Source of the DNA: an uncultured cyanobacterium
Lineage (GTDB): Bacteria; Cyanobacteriota; Cyanobacteriia; Pseudanabaenales; Pseudanabaenaceae
Direction: 5' to 3'
Length of the DNA stretch: 64,000 nt
Assembly (NCBI GenBank): GCA_963703315.1
Contig: OY969811.1
Coordinates: 3,520,001-3,584,000 of the forward strand
A program made the translations under genes and the position numbers. This document shows, piece after piece, positions 61,752-64,000 of this stretch. The notes under the pieces are model-generated. The model did not search any database. It saw only the letters and a list, made by a program, of their open reading frames with translations, and was not told the DNA's origin. How positions within the stretch are numbered: position 1 is the first letter of the stretch; each line of letters starts with the position of its first letter.

Positions 61752-61959
61752 GTAGGGGCAGAGCATTCCCGCAGAAACTTATAAATTTTTAGATAATCTT
61801 TTTTGGGGAATGCTCTGCCCAAAACCTCGCAACGCAGGGATAAATCACTGTAAAAGCACACTGTAAAAGCACACTGTAAAAGCACAGAGGGCTGAGCATT
61901 TGCGGATCGAGACTTCTGTGGTGAATTTTAAAATTGCGGCGCAAATGCTCAGCCCCTAC
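61752..61959. repeat. GTAG-type REP doublet (REPIN-like) with central 13-bp triple repeat
   Basis: gtaggggcagagcatt... / ...aatgctcagcccctac ends; each arm is a hairpin; cactgtaaaagca x3 at 61846-61884. Confidence 0.8.
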
Positions 61960-61978
61960 GTTTTTTTATGAAAAGACT

Positions 61979-62006
61979 TTGACAATAGAAAAATCAATGC
62001 TATGAT
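61979..62006 (+). promoter_or_regulatory. Sigma70-type promoter for tRNA-Gly
   Basis: TTGACA-16 bp-TATGAT with extended -10 TG. Confidence 0.65.
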
Positions 62007-62062
62007 TACTAACTGCGTAAGACAAATGTAAATTTGTAAGTAACAAGTTTACGAATGAATTT

Positions 62063-62133
62063 GCGAATGTAGTTTAGTGGTAAAACCTCTGCCTTCCAAG
62101 CAGATGTTGCGGGTTCGATTCCCGCCATTCGCT
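62063..62133 (+). tRNA. trnG: tRNA-Gly (TCC)
   Basis: Acceptor stem gcgaatg/cattcgc, D-loop tagtggtaa, anticodon stem tctgc-cTTCCAA-gcaga, T-loop ggttcgattcc; no encoded CCA. Confidence 0.96.
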
Positions 62134-62140
62134 TAATACT

Positions 62141-62171
62141 AAAAAAAGCTGCACATAGTGCAGCTTTTTTT
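62141..62171. terminator. Bidirectional intrinsic terminator
   Basis: aaaaaaagctgcac-ata-gtgcagcttttttt between convergent tRNA and tcdA. Confidence 0.85.
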
Positions 62172-62886
62172 AAGCAATCAGATCGCGAATCACGACACTA
62201 GCCAGATTTAAGCCAAACAGAGCAGGAATATAAGAAATCGTGCCGTAATACGATCGCTTAAAATTACTACCATCAGTTAATTGCAACGACTCACGATTTA
62301 CCAACTCCTCCGAATAAACCGCAATAATATTTGCTTCAGCAAAACCTTTACGCCGTAATCCTTTACGCACTTTATAGGCAAAGCGGCAACAATCAGTTTC
62401 AAAAATTGGCGCAATCCTTACCTTTTGCGGATCGATGCGTCCCCCTGCGCCCATACTGCTAGCAACTTTTACGCCATTAGTAGCGGCTGCACCCAGAAAA
62501 TATAGCTTTGGTTGTAAGCTGTCAATGCAATCGATCGCCCAGTCAAACTTAGTTGTCACTAATTGCATCATCAGATCTGGAGTCAGAAATTCTTTAATTG
62601 CTGTTAACTGCATTTCAGGATTAATATCCTGCATTCTCTGAGCCATCACATCAGCTTTGTGCATATTGACAGTGCTATCAAGTGCCACAATTTGACGGTT
62701 TTTATTAGACGGATCAACGCGATCGCCATCCACAATCGTCATCTGACCGATACCAGCACGACACAAAAATTCAGCAGCAAAACTCCCAACACCGCCCATA
62801 CCTACAACTAAAACATTGGCTTGTTTCAGTTTATGAAGACTATTTGCACCAATTAGTAATTCTGTACGTTGTAACCAGTCTGTCAT
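62170..62886 (-). CDS. tcdA: tRNA threonylcarbamoyladenosine dehydratase (ThiF family; start moved to ATG 62886)
   Basis: RTELLIG, GMGGVGS, SNKNRQ, DCIDS, SSMGAG, VYSEE, GTISYIPALFG. Confidence 0.88.
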   Translation of the reverse strand: MTDWLQRTELLIGANSLHKLKQANVLVVGMGGVGSFAAEFLCRAGIGQMTIVDGDRVDPSNKNRQIVALDSTVNMHKADVMAQRMQDINPEMQLTAIKEFLTPDLMMQLVTTKFDWAIDCIDSLQPKLYFLGAAATNGVKVASSMGAGGRIDPQKVRIAPIFETDCCRFAYKVRKGLRRKGFAEANIIAVYSEELVNRESLQLTDGSNFKRSYYGTISYIPALFGLNLASVVIRDLIA

Positions 62887-62965
62887 GCTAAAAATCAATA
62901 TATACAACACTTAGCATAATGTTTAGAGATGCTTCTGTTTCGTATCTCAACATTACAGATAAATT

Positions 62966-63349
62966 ATGACTTTACCTTCTCACGCCGCATTAACCAAAGC
63001 CGAACTACTCGATCGCTATGCTAAAGGCGATCGCAACTTTGAGCAAACCAAATTTCATGATACGGATCTTCAAGGTGTATCACTGCATGGCATTGATCTG
63101 AGCGAGTCAATTTTGACCCATGTTAATTTAAGCGGTGCAGATCTACGGGGAGCCGATTTAGGATGGACAGATCTCAGTCGCGCCAATCTCGAAAAAGTAG
63201 ACCTACGGGGTGCAATTTTGACCAGAGCCGATTTGAGTCACGCTAATTTGAGAGGAGCAAACCTGCTAAAAGCTGATCTTAGCTTGGCAAAACTAGATCA
63301 TACAAAACTGAGTGGAGCAACCATGCCTGATGGATCTATACATCAATAG
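62966..63349 (+). CDS. Pentapeptide repeat protein
   Basis: ELLDRYAKGDRNF start, ADL repeats, ATMPDGS end. Confidence 0.9.
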   Translation: MTLPSHAALTKAELLDRYAKGDRNFEQTKFHDTDLQGVSLHGIDLSESILTHVNLSGADLRGADLGWTDLSRANLEKVDLRGAILTRADLSHANLRGANLLKADLSLAKLDHTKLSGATMPDGSIHQ

Positions 63350-63388
63350 AATTTCTTGTTAAGTGGCAGAGCCACTTAACAAGAAATT
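63350..63388. terminator. Bidirectional hairpin between convergent genes
   Basis: aatttcttgttaagtggc-aga-gccacttaacaagaaatt. Confidence 0.75.
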
Positions 63389-63963
63389 TACTGTAATTTT
63401 TTCTTGATAAAATCTACTAGCTGCTGGAATTGCTTGTGCTGTGACGCAATCTGCTGTTCTAGTTGTTTTTGTTTTGCTTCCAGTGCTTCAATGCGTTTGA
63501 CTAAGCCTTCATCTGCTTGTTCTGGGGCAGATGTATCTTTTCCAGTAGGTGGAGTAGGTACAAGTTGGGAAGGTGGACGTTTTTTGGATAGCTCGATCGC
63601 CTTTTTGATCGCCACAACCAATTCTTTTTGTTCAAAAGGCTTTTCAATAAATACAAAGAATTTATCTTCAAATGGTTCGCCAATTTTGCTAGTAACTTCT
63701 TCCTTCCGCCCAGACATCAAAACTAGAGGAATATGTCTGAGTTCTGGACTTTGTTGCAAACTCTCATAAACCTCAAAGCCACTCAGCTTAGGCAGTAAGA
63801 AATCTAGCATGATCATCCAAGGCTTTTCCTGTTGGATCATTTCTAGCCCTTTGATGCCGTCGGCTGCTTCTAGCACGTCAAAATTCGTTGGCGGAAGCAT
63901 ATCGCGTACCATATTACGGATTACACGACTATCATCAATTACTAGTATTTTGTGAGCTGCCAC
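63388..63963 (-). CDS. Response regulator receiver protein with C-terminal coiled coil
   Basis: ILVIDDS, MLDFLLP, MSG, KPF. Confidence 0.88.
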   Translation of the reverse strand: MAAHKILVIDDSRVIRNMVRDMLPPTNFDVLEAADGIKGLEMIQQEKPWMIMLDFLLPKLSGFEVYESLQQSPELRHIPLVLMSGRKEEVTSKIGEPFEDKFFVFIEKPFEQKELVVAIKKAIELSKKRPPSQLVPTPPTGKDTSAPEQADEGLVKRIEALEAKQKQLEQQIASQHKQFQQLVDFIKKKLQ

Positions 63964-64000
63964 TGCTGATAACCCCTCAGTTATTTTGGTGAATAGAGAT

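Noticed and set aside
61846..61884. Triple 13-bp repeat as a possible mini-CRISPR
   Set aside because: The units are contiguous with no spacers, too short, and no cas genes are present.
62063..62170. tRNA-Gly as an integration site of a genomic island
   Set aside because: No integrase and no duplicated tRNA 3' end seen in the window.

Overview
Cyanobacterial chromosomal window. The dense HIP1 GCGATCGC octamers, crtH, gvpF, pentapeptide-repeat and CHAT genes support this, and the REP-like repeats look Pseudanabaena-like (inference). It starts with signalling genes (Ser/Thr kinase-FGE, CheB/CheR hybrid kinase). A ~32 kb surface-polysaccharide locus (10.2-42.0 kb) follows, with HIP1-rich flanks (rfbCBDA-gmd-wzm-wzt and gmd2-GT4-GT4) around an AT-rich, HIP1-poor cassette. 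That cassette encodes a legionaminic-acid-type pathway with an acetamidino module lacking its HisH partner, three enzymes sharing a heptad-repeat plus SSKFWK(L/M)R tail, and a GtrC/B/A-like cassette. Downstream are gvpF, rlmN, a TPR-CHAT protein, and a type III PKS-methyltransferase-flavoprotein cluster interrupted by a small RHH-like gene and yefM-yoeB. After these come a HIP1-free ABC-type ATPase + DUF4276/TOPRIM-like pair (candidate anti-phage system), crtH, a 47-aa ORF absent from the ORF track, cinA, khpA, rpsP, tRNA-Gly(TCC) and tcdA. Intergenic DNA holds many palindromic elements, including one REP-doublet core found inside two different terminal-inverted-repeat shells. All family calls come from motif recognition by eye, and no database search was run.
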